Source of the DNA: Actinomycetes bacterium
GTDB taxonomy: Bacteria > Actinomycetota > Actinomycetes > JACCUZ01
Direction of reading: 5' to 3'
DNA: 64,000 bases
Assembly: GCA_035489715.1 (NCBI GenBank)
Contig: DATHAP010000021.1
Span: 694-64,693, forward strand
Below, in pieces: positions 13,495 to 23,126 of this stretch (within the stretch, counting starts at the first letter, position 1; each line of letters begins with the position of its first letter). The notes beneath the pieces are model-generated. The model ran no database searches. It worked only from the letters and a program-made list of their open reading frames with translations, and was not told the DNA's origin. The translations under genes and the position numbers were made by a program.

Positions 13495-15084
13495 GTGCCG
13501 GAGAACCGAGACGCGGTGGTCGTCGGCGCCGGCCACAACGGCCTGGTCGCCGCCAACCTGCTGGTCGACGCCGGCTGGGACGTGCTGGTCCTCGAGGCGA
13601 CGGCACACCCGGGCGGGGCCGTGCGCAGCGCGCCGGACACGCCGGCGCCCGGGTTCACCGCGGACCTCTACAGCGCGTTCTACCCCCTCGGGGCGGCCTC
13701 CCCGGTGCTACGCGCGCTGGACCTGGAGCCGCACGGGCTGAGCTGGACGCACGCGCCGGACGTCCTGGCGCACGTCTTCGACGACGGCCGGGCCGCGGTG
13801 CTCTCGCGCGACCTCGACCGGACCGCCGCCTCTCTCGACGAGTTCGCCGAGGGTGACGGTGCCGCCTGGCGGCGCCAGCACGAGCGCTGGGCCGAGATCG
13901 AGGACCCCGTGCTGGCGGCCCTGTTCACTCCCTTCCCGCCGGTGCGCGCCGGGCTGCGGCTGGCGCGCCGGGTGGGTGTGGGCCGAGGGCTCCGGCTCGC
14001 TCGCTTCGGCGTGCTGCCGGTCCGCCGGTTCGTCGAGGAGGAGTTCCGCGGCGAGGGCGCCCACCTGCTGGTCGCCGGCAACGCGCTGCACACCGACCTG
14101 GCGCCGGAGTCCGCGGGCGGGGCGCTCTACGGCACACTGCTCGCGATGGTCGGCCAGCGGTTCGGCTTCCCGGTGCCGGCCGGCGGCTCCGGCCGTATCG
14201 TCGACGCCCTGGTGTCGCGCCTTGTTGCCCGCGGCGGCGAGGTCCGCTGCGGTGCCCCCGTCGAGCGCGTGCAGGTCCATGACGGACGCGCGACCGGAGT
14301 CGTGACGGCGGCCGGCGAGCGCGTGCTGGCCTCCCGGGCCGTCCTCGCCGACGTACCGGCCCCGATCCTGTACGACCGGCTTCTCGCGGACGTACCGCTG
14401 CCCGCCCGGCTGCGCGCCGACCTGGAGCGCTTCCAGTGGGACGCCGCGACGGTGAAGGTCGACTGGGCCCTCCGCGCACCGGTGCCGTGGACCGCGCCGG
14501 GCGCCGGTGGCGCGGGCACCGTGCACCTGGGTGCCGACCTGGACGGGCTCACCCGCTACGCCGCCGACCTGGCGACCCGGCGCACCCCCGGCCGGCCGTT
14601 CACCCTCTTCGGGCAGATGACCACGGCCGACCCGTCCCGGTCGCCGGCCGGCACGGAGTCGGCCTGGGCCTACACCCACCTGCCGCGGCGCGACTGGTCG
14701 GCCGGCGAGGTGGCCGCGGCCGCGGAGCGGATGGAGGCCGAGGTGGAGCGGCACGCGCCGGGCTTCCGCGACCTGGTCGCCGGCCGCCTGGTCCAGGGGC
14801 CGGGCGACCTGGAGTCCGCCGAGCCGGGCCTGGTGGGCGGTGCGGTCAACGGGGGGACCGCCGCGATCCACCAGCAGCTCGTGCTCCGGCCGACCCCGGG
14901 GCTCGGCCGTGCCGACACCGCGGTGCCTGGTCTCTTCCTGGCCGGGTCGTCGGCGCACCCGGGCGGCGGCGTGCACGGCGGGTGCGGCGCCAACGCCGCC
15001 CGGGCCGCGCTGGCCCGGGCCAGGGTCGGCCGCGTCGTCTACGACCGGGCGATGGGCACGTTGGAGGACCTGCTCCTGCGGTGA
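13495..15084 (+). CDS. Phytoene desaturase family NAD(P)/FAD-dependent oxidoreductase (CrtI-like)
   Basis: N-terminal dinucleotide fold AVVVGAGHNGLVAANLL. Length of 529 aa and the C-terminal FLAGSSAHPGGGVHG motif are typical of CrtI-family amine oxidase-like enzymes. Confidence 0.8.
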   Translation: MPENRDAVVVGAGHNGLVAANLLVDAGWDVLVLEATAHPGGAVRSAPDTPAPGFTADLYSAFYPLGAASPVLRALDLEPHGLSWTHAPDVLAHVFDDGRAAVLSRDLDRTAASLDEFAEGDGAAWRRQHERWAEIEDPVLAALFTPFPPVRAGLRLARRVGVGRGLRLARFGVLPVRRFVEEEFRGEGAHLLVAGNALHTDLAPESAGGALYGTLLAMVGQRFGFPVPAGGSGRIVDALVSRLVARGGEVRCGAPVERVQVHDGRATGVVTAAGERVLASRAVLADVPAPILYDRLLADVPLPARLRADLERFQWDAATVKVDWALRAPVPWTAPGAGGAGTVHLGADLDGLTRYAADLATRRTPGRPFTLFGQMTTADPSRSPAGTESAWAYTHLPRRDWSAGEVAAAAERMEAEVERHAPGFRDLVAGRLVQGPGDLESAEPGLVGGAVNGGTAAIHQQLVLRPTPGLGRADTAVPGLFLAGSSAHPGGGVHGGCGANAARAALARARVGRVVYDRAMGTLEDLLLR

Positions 15085-15104
15085 CACCGCCGTTTTGCGG
15101 CGGG

Positions 15105-15557
15105 TCAGGCCTGCGGCTGCCCTCCGGCGTGGCCCTCGGCGATCCGGCCCAGCCGGTCCAGCATCTCGCGGATCCGGTGGACGAGGACCGCCTCCGCGAG
15201 CGGGTTGTTGACCCAGGCGCCGGGGCCGTGGGTCGGCGTCTCGTGCACGGTGACCTCGGTGCCGCTCGGCGTCTCCTCCAGCGTGATGTCGATGACCGCC
15301 TCACCGGCGGGCCAGCCGCGAGCCTGCAGGGTCAGCCGCCGGTGCGGCTCGCAGCGGGTGGACTCGGTCTCGTCCTGGAGGGTCAGCGGCCACAGGCCGA
15401 CCGCATGGTGGATCTTGGCGCCGACCGCGGGCCACCCCGGGTCGACCGCGCGGATCTTGACCGTGCCCGGCACCCAGGACGAGTAGGTCCAGCCGTCGGC
15501 CAGCTCGGCCCACACTGCCTCGGGTGGTGCCGCCACGAGTCGGCTGGTCGTCGCCAT
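15105..15557 (-). CDS. SRPBCC family protein (polyketide cyclase/dehydrase-like)
   Basis: 150-aa protein from M320 of the long ORF (MATTSRLVAAPPEAVWAELADGW...), the usual SRPBCC N-terminus. Confidence 0.6.
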   Translation of the reverse strand: MATTSRLVAAPPEAVWAELADGWTYSSWVPGTVKIRAVDPGWPAVGAKIHHAVGLWPLTLQDETESTRCEPHRRLTLQARGWPAGEAVIDITLEETPSGTEVTVHETPTHGPGAWVNNPLAEAVLVHRIREMLDRLGRIAEGHAGGQPQA

Positions 15558-15566
15558 AGGTGGGTT

Positions 15567-16721
15567 GTGCCCGACAATGGGCCGGTGACACCGGTGACCC
15601 CCACCCAGCCGCTGCACATCGGCCCGCACGTGGTCGTGCCGCCGGTCGTGCTCGCGCCGATGGCCGGCATCACCAACTCGCCGTTCCGCCGGCTGTGCCG
15701 GGAGTTCGGTGGCGGGCTCTACGTCAGCGAGATGATCACCACCCGGGCGCTCGTCGAGCGCGACCCGGAGACGATGCGGCTGATCGAGTTCGCGCCCGAC
15801 GAGACGCCGCGCAGCCTCCAGCTCTACGGCGTGGACCCCACGGTGGTCCGCGAGGCGGTGACGATGCTGGTGGCCGAGGACCGGGCCGACCACATCGACC
15901 TCAACTTCGGCTGCCCGGTGCCCAAGGTGACCCGTCGCGGCGGCGGGGCGGCGCTGCCGTGGAAGCTCGACCTGTTGCGGGCCGTGCTGCGGGGGGCCGT
16001 CCGGGCCGCCGGTCCCGTGCCGGTCACCGTGAAGATGCGCAAGGGCATCGACGACGACCGGCTCACCTACCTCGACGCCGGCCGGATCGCCGAGGAGGAG
16101 GGGGTGGCCGCGGTCGCGCTGCACGGCCGGACTGCGGCTCAGGCCTACTCCGGCACCGCCGACTGGTCCGCGGTCGCCCGGCTGAAGGAGCACGTCACCA
16201 CGGTGCCGGTGCTGGGCAACGGCGACGTGTGGGAGGCGGCCGACGCGCTGCGGATGATGGCCGAGACCGGCTGCGACGGCGTCGTCGTGGGCCGGGGCTG
16301 CCTCGGCCGGCCGTGGCTCTTCCGGTCCTTGGACCGGGCGTTCGCCGGCCTGCCCGACGATCCGCACCCGACGCTCGGTCAGGTCGCGGCCGTCATGCGC
16401 CGCCACGCCGGGCTGATGGCGGCCTGGGCCGGCGAGGACAAGGGTGCCCGCGAGTTCCGCAAGCACGTGTCCTGGTACCTCAAGGGATTCGCCGTCGGCG
16501 GCGACACCCGCCACGCGCTGGGGCTGGTGTCCAGCCTGGGCGAGCTCGACGACCTGCTCACGACGCTGGACCCGGACGAGCCGTTCCCCGAGGGCTCGGT
16601 GGGCGCGCCGCGGGGGCGGCTGGGCTCACCCCGCCGGGTCGTGCTGCCGGAGGGCTGGCTCGACGACCGTCGCTGGGGCCGCGTCGACGCGTCGGCCGAG
16701 CTGGCGGTGTCCGGCGGCTAG
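15567..16721 (+). CDS. dus: tRNA-dihydrouridine synthase
   Basis: Motifs VVLAPMAGITN, LNFGCP, KMRKG and HGRTAAQAYSG. GTG start; the alternative at 15585 is also possible. Confidence 0.85.
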   Translation: MPDNGPVTPVTPTQPLHIGPHVVVPPVVLAPMAGITNSPFRRLCREFGGGLYVSEMITTRALVERDPETMRLIEFAPDETPRSLQLYGVDPTVVREAVTMLVAEDRADHIDLNFGCPVPKVTRRGGGAALPWKLDLLRAVLRGAVRAAGPVPVTVKMRKGIDDDRLTYLDAGRIAEEEGVAAVALHGRTAAQAYSGTADWSAVARLKEHVTTVPVLGNGDVWEAADALRMMAETGCDGVVVGRGCLGRPWLFRSLDRAFAGLPDDPHPTLGQVAAVMRRHAGLMAAWAGEDKGAREFRKHVSWYLKGFAVGGDTRHALGLVSSLGELDDLLTTLDPDEPFPEGSVGAPRGRLGSPRRVVLPEGWLDDRRWGRVDASAELAVSGG

Positions 16722-17055
16722 GCCAGGCCCACCTGGTCGAGCATGCAGGCAACTGCGCCGCTGGCGGCTCGCCTCGAGTGCGGTACGCCGCAGCCGGCTT
16801 TCCTCTCTACGGTTGGGGAGCGCACACTGTTCTGACAGGTGTACTGACTCGCGGATCAGGAGGAGGGAAAAGAGCCCTGTGACGGTTCTGGCGCTGCCGA
16901 CATGGATCTGGATGGACGACCGGTCCTCTTACGGGTACACGCTGACGCCGGACCGCGACGTCATCCCCGGAGTTGCCGTGCCCGAGCACCCGGACGAGCT
17001 GCCTGGTGTGACCGTGCCGGTCACCACGACGACCCCGACCGCTCCGGCGACCGTC

Positions 17056-17664
17056 TCAGCGACGCACCAGGGCGGCGGGCTCGAGGCCCAGCTCGCGCGC
17101 GGCCGCGGTGCGCACCCAGCTGCCGATCTGCCGGCGGCTCAGCACGCCGTCGTGCACCGTCGCCTGCACCGCGAGGCCGTCGAGCAGGGCGGTGATCCGC
17201 CAGGCTGCCGCGCTCGGGTCGGGACAGGTCATCTCACCGCGCTCGACGCCCTCGGCGATGACCGCGGCCACGGTGTCCTTCCACCGCACGTCGAGCTGCT
17301 GGGACACCTCGGCCATCTCGTCGCTGCGCAGGGAGCTGGCCCACGCGTCGATCCACAGCGACCAGCCGCCGGCGCTGCCCTCGGGTCCGTAGAGCGTGAG
17401 GATCCTCGCCAGGCGGCGGGTCGCGCTGCCCGTGCGCCCGGCTGCCGCGTCCAGCCGCGCGAGGTCGCGCTCGGCGGCGTAGGCGAAGGCCTGCGAGAGC
17501 AGCGCGTCCTTGGACTCGAAGTGGTAGAAGACCAGGCCGGTGCTGATCCCGAGGCGGCCGGCCACGTCGGCGACCCGGCTGCTCGCGAACCCGCTCTCGG
17601 TGACCTCGTCGACCGTCGCGCGGAGGATCTCCTCGCGACGTACCTCGACCTTGCGCCGACCCAT
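17056..17664 (-). CDS. TetR/AcrR family transcriptional regulator
   Basis: N-terminal HTH REEILRATVDEVTESGFASSRVADVAGRLGISTGLVFYHF. Confidence 0.85.
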   Translation of the reverse strand: MGRRKVEVRREEILRATVDEVTESGFASSRVADVAGRLGISTGLVFYHFESKDALLSQAFAYAAERDLARLDAAAGRTGSATRRLARILTLYGPEGSAGGWSLWIDAWASSLRSDEMAEVSQQLDVRWKDTVAAVIAEGVERGEMTCPDPSAAAWRITALLDGLAVQATVHDGVLSRRQIGSWVRTAAARELGLEPAALVRR

Positions 17665-17690
17665 GCCCGAACCCTAGGTGGAGGGACACC

Positions 17691-18836
17691 ATGACCGCGG
17701 CACCTGTGACCGAGTCCGGCCTCGCGGCCGCGCTGCGGCCGTTCGGCGAGAGCATCATGCTCCCGGCCGAGGCCTACACGTCGGACGCGGTGCTGGCATG
17801 GGAGCGGCGGCACTTCTTCGCCGGGTCGTGGGTGTGCGTCGGCCGGGTGGACGCCCTGCTGCCCGAGAGAACGACGCAGCACGCGTGCGCGGTCGGCGAC
17901 GTGCCGGTGCTGCTGGCCCGTGAGCCGGAGTCGTTGGGTTCGACGGAGGTGCGGGCGTTCGCCAACACCTGCCGGCACCGCGGTCACGAGCTGCTGGGCG
18001 ACGGCGAGTCGTCGTCGAAGCGTGCGCTGGTCTGCCCGTACCACGCGTGGAGCTACGACCTCTCCGGCTGCCTGCTGGCCGCACCGGGCTTCGGCGAGGT
18101 CCGGTCGTTCGACCCGTCCGCGCACGGCCTGGTGCCGTTGCCCTCGCAGGTGTGGCACGGCTGGGTGTTCGTCAACGCGTCAGGTGAGTCGTCGACGTCG
18201 TTCGAGGACCACGTCGGGGGCCTGACCGGGCTCGTGACGCCGTACGCCGCCGAGACGCTCACCCTGCGCGCGCGGCACGACTACGTCGTCAAGGCGAACT
18301 GGAAGGTCGTGACGGAGAACTACCACGAGTGCTACCACTGCCCGCTGATCCACCCCGAGCTGTGCCGGGTCAGCCCGCCGTCGAGCGGCGAGAACTTCGA
18401 CCTGCCCGGTGCCTGGGTCGGCGGCTCGATGGACCTGCGCGACGAGGCGGTCACGATGTCCTTCGACGGTACGTCGCGAGGCCGGCCCATCGACGGCGCG
18501 GACCAGCGGCAGGTGCTCTACCTGGGCCTGCTGCCCAACCTGTTGGTGTCGCTGCACCCGGACTACGTGATGACGCACCGGATGACGCCGCTGTCGCCGG
18601 GCGAGACGCAGGTGGAGTGCGCCTGGTACTTCCCCGGCGCCGACGTGGACCCGTCGTACGCCGTCGAGTTCTGGGACCGCACCAACCGCCAGGACTGGGC
18701 CGCATGCGAGTCGGTGCAGCGCGGTCTGGCGTCGCCGCACTTCGCGCCGGGCCCGCTGGCGGCCAACGAGGACGCGGTGCACCAGTTCGTCACCGCGATC
18801 GGCACCGGCTACCGCACCGGGTCGCTGCCGGTGTAG
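17691..18836 (+). CDS. Rieske [2Fe-2S] aromatic ring-hydroxylating oxygenase, alpha subunit-like
   Basis: Rieske motif CRHRGHE...CPYHAW and a mononuclear iron site region (YHECYHCPLIHPE). Divergent from the TetR gene. Confidence 0.8.
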   Translation: MTAAPVTESGLAAALRPFGESIMLPAEAYTSDAVLAWERRHFFAGSWVCVGRVDALLPERTTQHACAVGDVPVLLAREPESLGSTEVRAFANTCRHRGHELLGDGESSSKRALVCPYHAWSYDLSGCLLAAPGFGEVRSFDPSAHGLVPLPSQVWHGWVFVNASGESSTSFEDHVGGLTGLVTPYAAETLTLRARHDYVVKANWKVVTENYHECYHCPLIHPELCRVSPPSSGENFDLPGAWVGGSMDLRDEAVTMSFDGTSRGRPIDGADQRQVLYLGLLPNLLVSLHPDYVMTHRMTPLSPGETQVECAWYFPGADVDPSYAVEFWDRTNRQDWAACESVQRGLASPHFAPGPLAANEDAVHQFVTAIGTGYRTGSLPV

Positions 18837-18873
18837 CTGGGGGACGGGTCGTGGTGGCTCGGGTCGTGGTGAG

Positions 18874-20181
18874 TCAGCCCGCGCGGCAGCGGCGGAGCGC
18901 CATCTCGGCCAACCAGGCCGCCGCGTCGGGCAGCACCGAGTCGTCGAAGGCGGCCCTCGGCGAGTGGTTGTCCGGTGCGGCGTCGTGGTCGGCGTGGGCG
19001 CACGCGCTGATGTTCAGGTAGGCGCCCGGCACCCGGTCGAGGACGAACGACATGTCCTCCGAGCCCAGCTCCGGCTCGGTCATCAGCGTGTAGCGGTCGG
19101 CGCCGAAGAGGTCGTGCACCGCCGTGACAGACCGGTCGTACTCCGTCTCGTCGTTCACCGTCACCGGGTAGCCGGGCCGGTAGTCGACCTCGACCTCGAG
19201 CCCGTGCGCGTCGGCGATGCCGCGGGCGAGGCGCTCGATGCCGTGCTGCACCTTGCTGCGGGCCTTGGCGGAGAGGCTGCGCACGGTGGCGTCGAACTCC
19301 GCCGTGTCCGGGATGATGTTGTCCTTGGTGCCGCCCGCGATCCGGCCGACGGTGACCACCACCGGGTCGAACACGTCGAAGCCGCGGGTCGTCATCGTCT
19401 GCAGCGCCACGACCATCTCGCACGCCGTGGGGATGGGGTCCCGTGCGCGGTGCGGCGCGGAGCCGTGGCCGCCGGTCCCGACGACGCGCACCCGCACCTC
19501 GTCGGCGGCGGCGTAGACCGCACCGGGTCGCGAGAACCATTGGCCGCGCGGGTACTCCGACGACGCCACGTGAAGGGCGTAGGCCGCGACGACCTGGCGA
19601 CCGGCCGCCTCGAGCAGGCCCTCCTCGATCATCGGCTCGGCACCGCCGGGGCCCTCCTCCCCGGGCTGGAACATCAGCACGACGTCGCCGTCGAGCTCGT
19701 CGCGGCGCTCGAGCAGGATGCGCGCGGCGCCGACCAGCGCGGCCACGTGCAGGTCATGGCCGCATGCGTGCATGGCTCCGGGGTGCGCCGAGACGTAGTC
19801 GACGTCCACCTCCTCGCTGACCGGCAGGGCATCCATGTCGCCGCGCAGCAGCACCACCGGTCTTGCCCGGTCCGGGTCACTGGTTGCGGGTCCCCGCCCC
19901 CGGAGCACGCCTACCACCGAGCTCAATGCCCGACCGGTCGTCACCTCGACGTCCAGTCCGCCCAGTGCGCGCAGCACCGTCTGCTGGGTCAGCGGCAGGT
20001 GGTTGCCGATCTCGGGGATTCGGTGCAGCTCGCGGCGGAGCGCGACCAGATCGGGACCGAGGGCCCCGGCCAGCTCCAGCAGTCCGGCGGACGACGGGGC
20101 TGGCGGGTATGGCGGGGATGGCGGGGATGGCGGGGATGGCGGGGATGGGGCGGAGGACGAGGACGACTCGGGAGCGCTCAC
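18874..20181 (-). CDS. M20 family metallo-hydrolase (amidohydrolase / N-acyl-amino acid hydrolase type)
   Basis: M20 motifs MHACGHD and PGEEG. 435 aa, with an unusual N-terminal SPPSPPSPPSPPYPP segment encoded by a 9-bp tandem repeat. Confidence 0.85.
   Translation of the reverse strand: MSAPESSSSSAPSPPSPPSPPSPPYPPAPSSAGLLELAGALGPDLVALRRELHRIPEIGNHLPLTQQTVLRALGGLDVEVTTGRALSSVVGVLRGRGPATSDPDRARPVVLLRGDMDALPVSEEVDVDYVSAHPGAMHACGHDLHVAALVGAARILLERRDELDGDVVLMFQPGEEGPGGAEPMIEEGLLEAAGRQVVAAYALHVASSEYPRGQWFSRPGAVYAAADEVRVRVVGTGGHGSAPHRARDPIPTACEMVVALQTMTTRGFDVFDPVVVTVGRIAGGTKDNIIPDTAEFDATVRSLSAKARSKVQHGIERLARGIADAHGLEVEVDYRPGYPVTVNDETEYDRSVTAVHDLFGADRYTLMTEPELGSEDMSFVLDRVPGAYLNISACAHADHDAAPDNHSPRAAFDDSVLPDAAAWLAEMALRRCRAG
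20102..20146. repeat. Tandem 9-bp repeat (GGCGGGGAT x about 5) inside the 5' end of the M20 hydrolase gene
   Basis: Direct reading of ggcgggtat ggcggggat ggcggggat ggcggggat ggcggggat. Encodes the (SPP)n repeat on the minus strand. Confidence 0.8.
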
Positions 20182-20291
20182 CTGCGGAGTCTAGGGAGGA
20201 TGATCGTCGGGGTCTTGCGGGGCGCCCTGCCGTCACGCAAGGTGTCGTCGGGGCGCTTCAAAGCGTCCGCGGTGCGAGCAAGGGGACCCAC

Positions 20292-20720
20292 ATGGCGTTC
20301 GACATCGACGGGCTGCTGAGCCTGTGGTTTCAGGACCCCGGCTCCGACGCGGAGGCGGCTGCTGCCTTCGGCGCGTTCTACACCGACCCGGTCGTGGTGA
20401 ACGGCAAGCCCGTGTCGCTCACCGACCTGGTGACCCGCGGCGCCGCGCTGCGGGCGACGTTCAGCGACCTACGGCGCGAGATCCTCGACGTCTGCGAGGC
20501 GGGCGACAAGGTGGCGGTCGCCTTCCGGATGACCGGCCACCAGACCGGCGTGCTGGCCACTGCCGCCGGCCCGCTCCCGCCGACAGGTCGGGAGATCACG
20601 GTCCGCGTCATCGACATCCTCACCCTGACCGACGGCCGGATCAGCAGCCTCTCGATGGTCGCGGACGAGATGGGTGCCCTTGCCGCCGTCGACGCCGTAC
20701 GCCTCGTCGACACGGCGTAG
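20292..20720 (+). CDS. SnoaL-like / ester cyclase (NTF2-like fold) protein
   Basis: 142-aa protein from MAFDIDGLLSLW... Size and pattern resemble SnoaL-like polyketide cyclase family proteins. Confidence 0.55.
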   Translation: MAFDIDGLLSLWFQDPGSDAEAAAAFGAFYTDPVVVNGKPVSLTDLVTRGAALRATFSDLRREILDVCEAGDKVAVAFRMTGHQTGVLATAAGPLPPTGREITVRVIDILTLTDGRISSLSMVADEMGALAAVDAVRLVDTA

Positions 20721-20789
20721 CGGTGCACGGGTGCCGCGCTACGGTGCCTGCTGAGCCCGGGATGTCTATCTGCTGGTGAGGAGTGCACG

Positions 20790-21173
20790 GTGCCACGCGA
20801 CCCCAACATCCCGGACGAGTTCGACGTCTACACGGTCGTGGTCCTGCGGCGGCCGGCTGATGCGCCGGAGATGTCGGACGAGGCGCTCGACGAGCTCCAG
20901 GCGCTCCACCTCGCCTACCGGGCCGAGCTGCGGCAGCAGGGCACCCTGGTCGTGAACGGGCCGTTCGGCGAGCAGAGCGCCCCGGCCTACCGCGGGATGT
21001 CGATCTTCGCCTGCGACCCGGCGGAGGCTGCTCGCATCTCCGACGGCGACCCCTCGGTGGTCGCCGGCCGGCTGACGTATGACGTCATGGAGTGGTGGGT
21101 CCGGGCGGGGTCGCTCCGGTTCCCGTTCGCCGACGGCCCGGTCGGCGACCGCCGCGCGATGCCGGACGACTGA
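20790..21173 (+). CDS. YciI-like protein
   Basis: 127 aa. YCII-related pattern (VVVLRRPAD...HLAY...LVVNGPF). Good SD (GAGGAG) upstream of the GTG. Confidence 0.65.
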   Translation: MPRDPNIPDEFDVYTVVVLRRPADAPEMSDEALDELQALHLAYRAELRQQGTLVVNGPFGEQSAPAYRGMSIFACDPAEAARISDGDPSVVAGRLTYDVMEWWVRAGSLRFPFADGPVGDRRAMPDD

Positions 21174-21211
21174 GGGGCTCGCCCACGTCTCGTCGCATGC
21201 CCGACGAGTCG

Positions 21212-21685
21212 TCACAGGTCCTTGCGCAGGTGGACGTCGGCGCCGTCATAGGTGGGGACGCCCTGCCACCGGAAGATCTCGCGGTAGCCGTGGCGCTCGT
21301 AGAACCCCGGCGCCTGGAAGGTGAACGAGGTGACGAACACGTGCGTCGCCCCGCGCGACCTCGCCTCGGCCTCGAACTCCGCGAGCAGCTTGCTGCCGAG
21401 CCCGTCGCCCCGTGACGCCTCGCGCACCCACGTCATGCCGATGCCCGCGGCGACTCCCCAGGTCCAGCCGCTCACGCCGGCCGCGAGCTCCCCGTCGGCG
21501 TCCAGGATCCGCACGGTCAGCTCGCGCGCCGGCGCGACGCCGGTGGTCGCAGCTGCGTTGACCCGATCGAGCTCGTCGGACAGCCGCTGGTCGAGATCAG
21601 GCAGGGCGCCGGCGACGACCACGGCGTAGCCGGCACCGCCCGTCGCGACCTTTGCGCCGTTGGCGGCGTCAGGGGACCGGGTCAT
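21212..21685 (-). CDS. GNAT family N-acetyltransferase
   Basis: 157 aa with the GNAT core RGDGLGSKLLAEFEAEA. Confidence 0.7.
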   Translation of the reverse strand: MTRSPDAANGAKVATGGAGYAVVVAGALPDLDQRLSDELDRVNAAATTGVAPARELTVRILDADGELAAGVSGWTWGVAAGIGMTWVREASRGDGLGSKLLAEFEAEARSRGATHVFVTSFTFQAPGFYERHGYREIFRWQGVPTYDGADVHLRKDL

Positions 21686-21737
21686 GGACGACGATCGTGC
21701 CAGCAGTGCGACACGAGGTGCGGGACCGAGAGCGAAG

Positions 21738-22100
21738 TCAGGGCAGTGACGGGTCGGTGCCCTTGACGTAGGTCCTGCCGAGGGGGCCGAGATTGACCGC
21801 GATGGTCCGGCCGTTGGGCAGGCCGTGGTTGACGACGTGGTCGCACTCGCAGTCGTGAGCCCGCCGGTTGCAGCCGGGGAATCCGCACACCTGGTTCCGG
21901 GCGGCGAGGAACGCTCGCATCCGCGGGGACGGCCGGTAGCTGTCGCGGCCGCGGTCGATGACCTGGCGTCCAGCAGCGCCGGGGCCCCACCCGAACTCGA
22001 CCGCCTCGGACACCGTCGCTGCCATACCGCCGAACCTAGTCAAGGGGTTGGACACAACCGATGACCGTGATGTGCCGACGCCCGGACCGCGCGACGCCAC
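21738..22100 (-). pseudogene. Remnant of an HNH endonuclease (actinobacterial DUF222-associated HNH type), C-terminal fragment only
   Basis: Contains CGFPGCNRRAHDCECDHVVNHGLPNGRTIAVNLGPL, the HNH Cys/His core, but lacks the upstream DUF222 region. The terminal C/H-H-K residues are degenerate. Confidence 0.5.
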
Positions 22101-22198
22101 GTCGATCGAGGCGGTTCAGGGGCTACGAGAACCTGATGGGAGGTCGTGACGAGCGGTCGACCGTGAGGGTGAGGCGTCGCCCTGGCCCCAGATCGCGG

Positions 22199-23101
22199 TC
22201 AGCCGCTGCCGGTCGTCGACGGTGCGGGCGCGTCCACTGCCGGCGGCTCCTCCATGGACGCACGCAGCTGCGTCAACGGGGCGTCGCTGACCTGGATGAG
22301 GCCACGGACCGGGCGATCCAGGTCGAAGGTGATCATCAGTGTCAGGGTCACCAGCGCGGAGGCCACCAGCACCGGCGTCAGTCCCCGGCCGAGGGTGGCG
22401 AGATGGAGCGCGAGCAGGCCCAGTGCGATGGCTGCACCGACGATCTCGAGGGCGAGGACCGCTGTCGGCACCCGGTTGCGCAAGCCGAAGACCACGCTGG
22501 ACTGGGCATCGAACGTCTCGTTGAGGCTCTCCACGTATAGACGCACTGAGCTGGCCGTCGGTTCGGCTTCCAGGGCCCGCCCCGCCTCTGTCCACAGCGC
22601 GCGTTCAGCGCGCCCGCTCCGGACCAGCGCGTCGTCCTGGTCCGTGCTGCTGGGCACCGTCCGGGATATCCGGATGCTGGTGTCCGTGAAGTCACGTAGG
22701 AGCTCCAGGGAGCGCGTCCGGCTCGGCTCCGGCAAGGTTTGGGCCCGCAGATAGGTCGTGCCGATCGCGTTGGCCTCTTCCACCACGGCCGCTCTGCGGT
22801 TCTCATAGCGCCCCACTGCCAGGCTGATCCCGAACGCGAGCACGAGCCCCATGAACCCGAGCATCGCGGCCTGCATCACGCCGAAGGGCTCGCGCAGGCC
22901 TTCGGACTTGTCGCGCACCGACCGGCCGACGATGTGCCCGAGGGCTGTCGCGCCCAGGATCACGACGAAGAGGCCGGCTGCCAGTACCAAGCTGCTGAAC
23001 CGGAAGAATGCCAAGCTTCCTCCCTGCCTGAGACCGCACACCGAAACGGCGCCCTCCCTGCAGGGCGCTCCCAACATGTCAGGAACCTCGGGGAGGGGCA
23101 T
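22199..23101 (-). CDS. Hypothetical membrane protein (DUF4239-like topology: 2 TM at the N-terminus, 2 TM at the C-terminus)
   Basis: 300-aa ORF with consistent hydrophobic segments. The start is uncertain. Confidence 0.45.
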   Translation of the reverse strand: MPLPEVPDMLGAPCREGAVSVCGLRQGGSLAFFRFSSLVLAAGLFVVILGATALGHIVGRSVRDKSEGLREPFGVMQAAMLGFMGLVLAFGISLAVGRYENRRAAVVEEANAIGTTYLRAQTLPEPSRTRSLELLRDFTDTSIRISRTVPSSTDQDDALVRSGRAERALWTEAGRALEAEPTASSVRLYVESLNETFDAQSSVVFGLRNRVPTAVLALEIVGAAIALGLLALHLATLGRGLTPVLVASALVTLTLMITFDLDRPVRGLIQVSDAPLTQLRASMEEPPAVDAPAPSTTGSG

Positions 23102-23126
23102 CGCCCTAGACAGGTGAGCTATGGCG

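Noticed and set aside
16860-17055. Very strong SD (AGGAGGAGGG) followed by a GTG at about 16880 in the dus/TetR intergenic region
   Set aside because: The reading frame opened by this GTG has no stop until 17694 and would run entirely antisense through the TetR gene. No closed small ORF exists, so the SD-like sequence is probably fortuitous or part of an untranslated RNA.
20102-20146. Short tandem repeat considered as a possible CRISPR-like or VNTR element
   Set aside because: The unit is only 9 bp, has no spacers, and sits in frame within a coding sequence. It is a coding microsatellite, not a CRISPR array.
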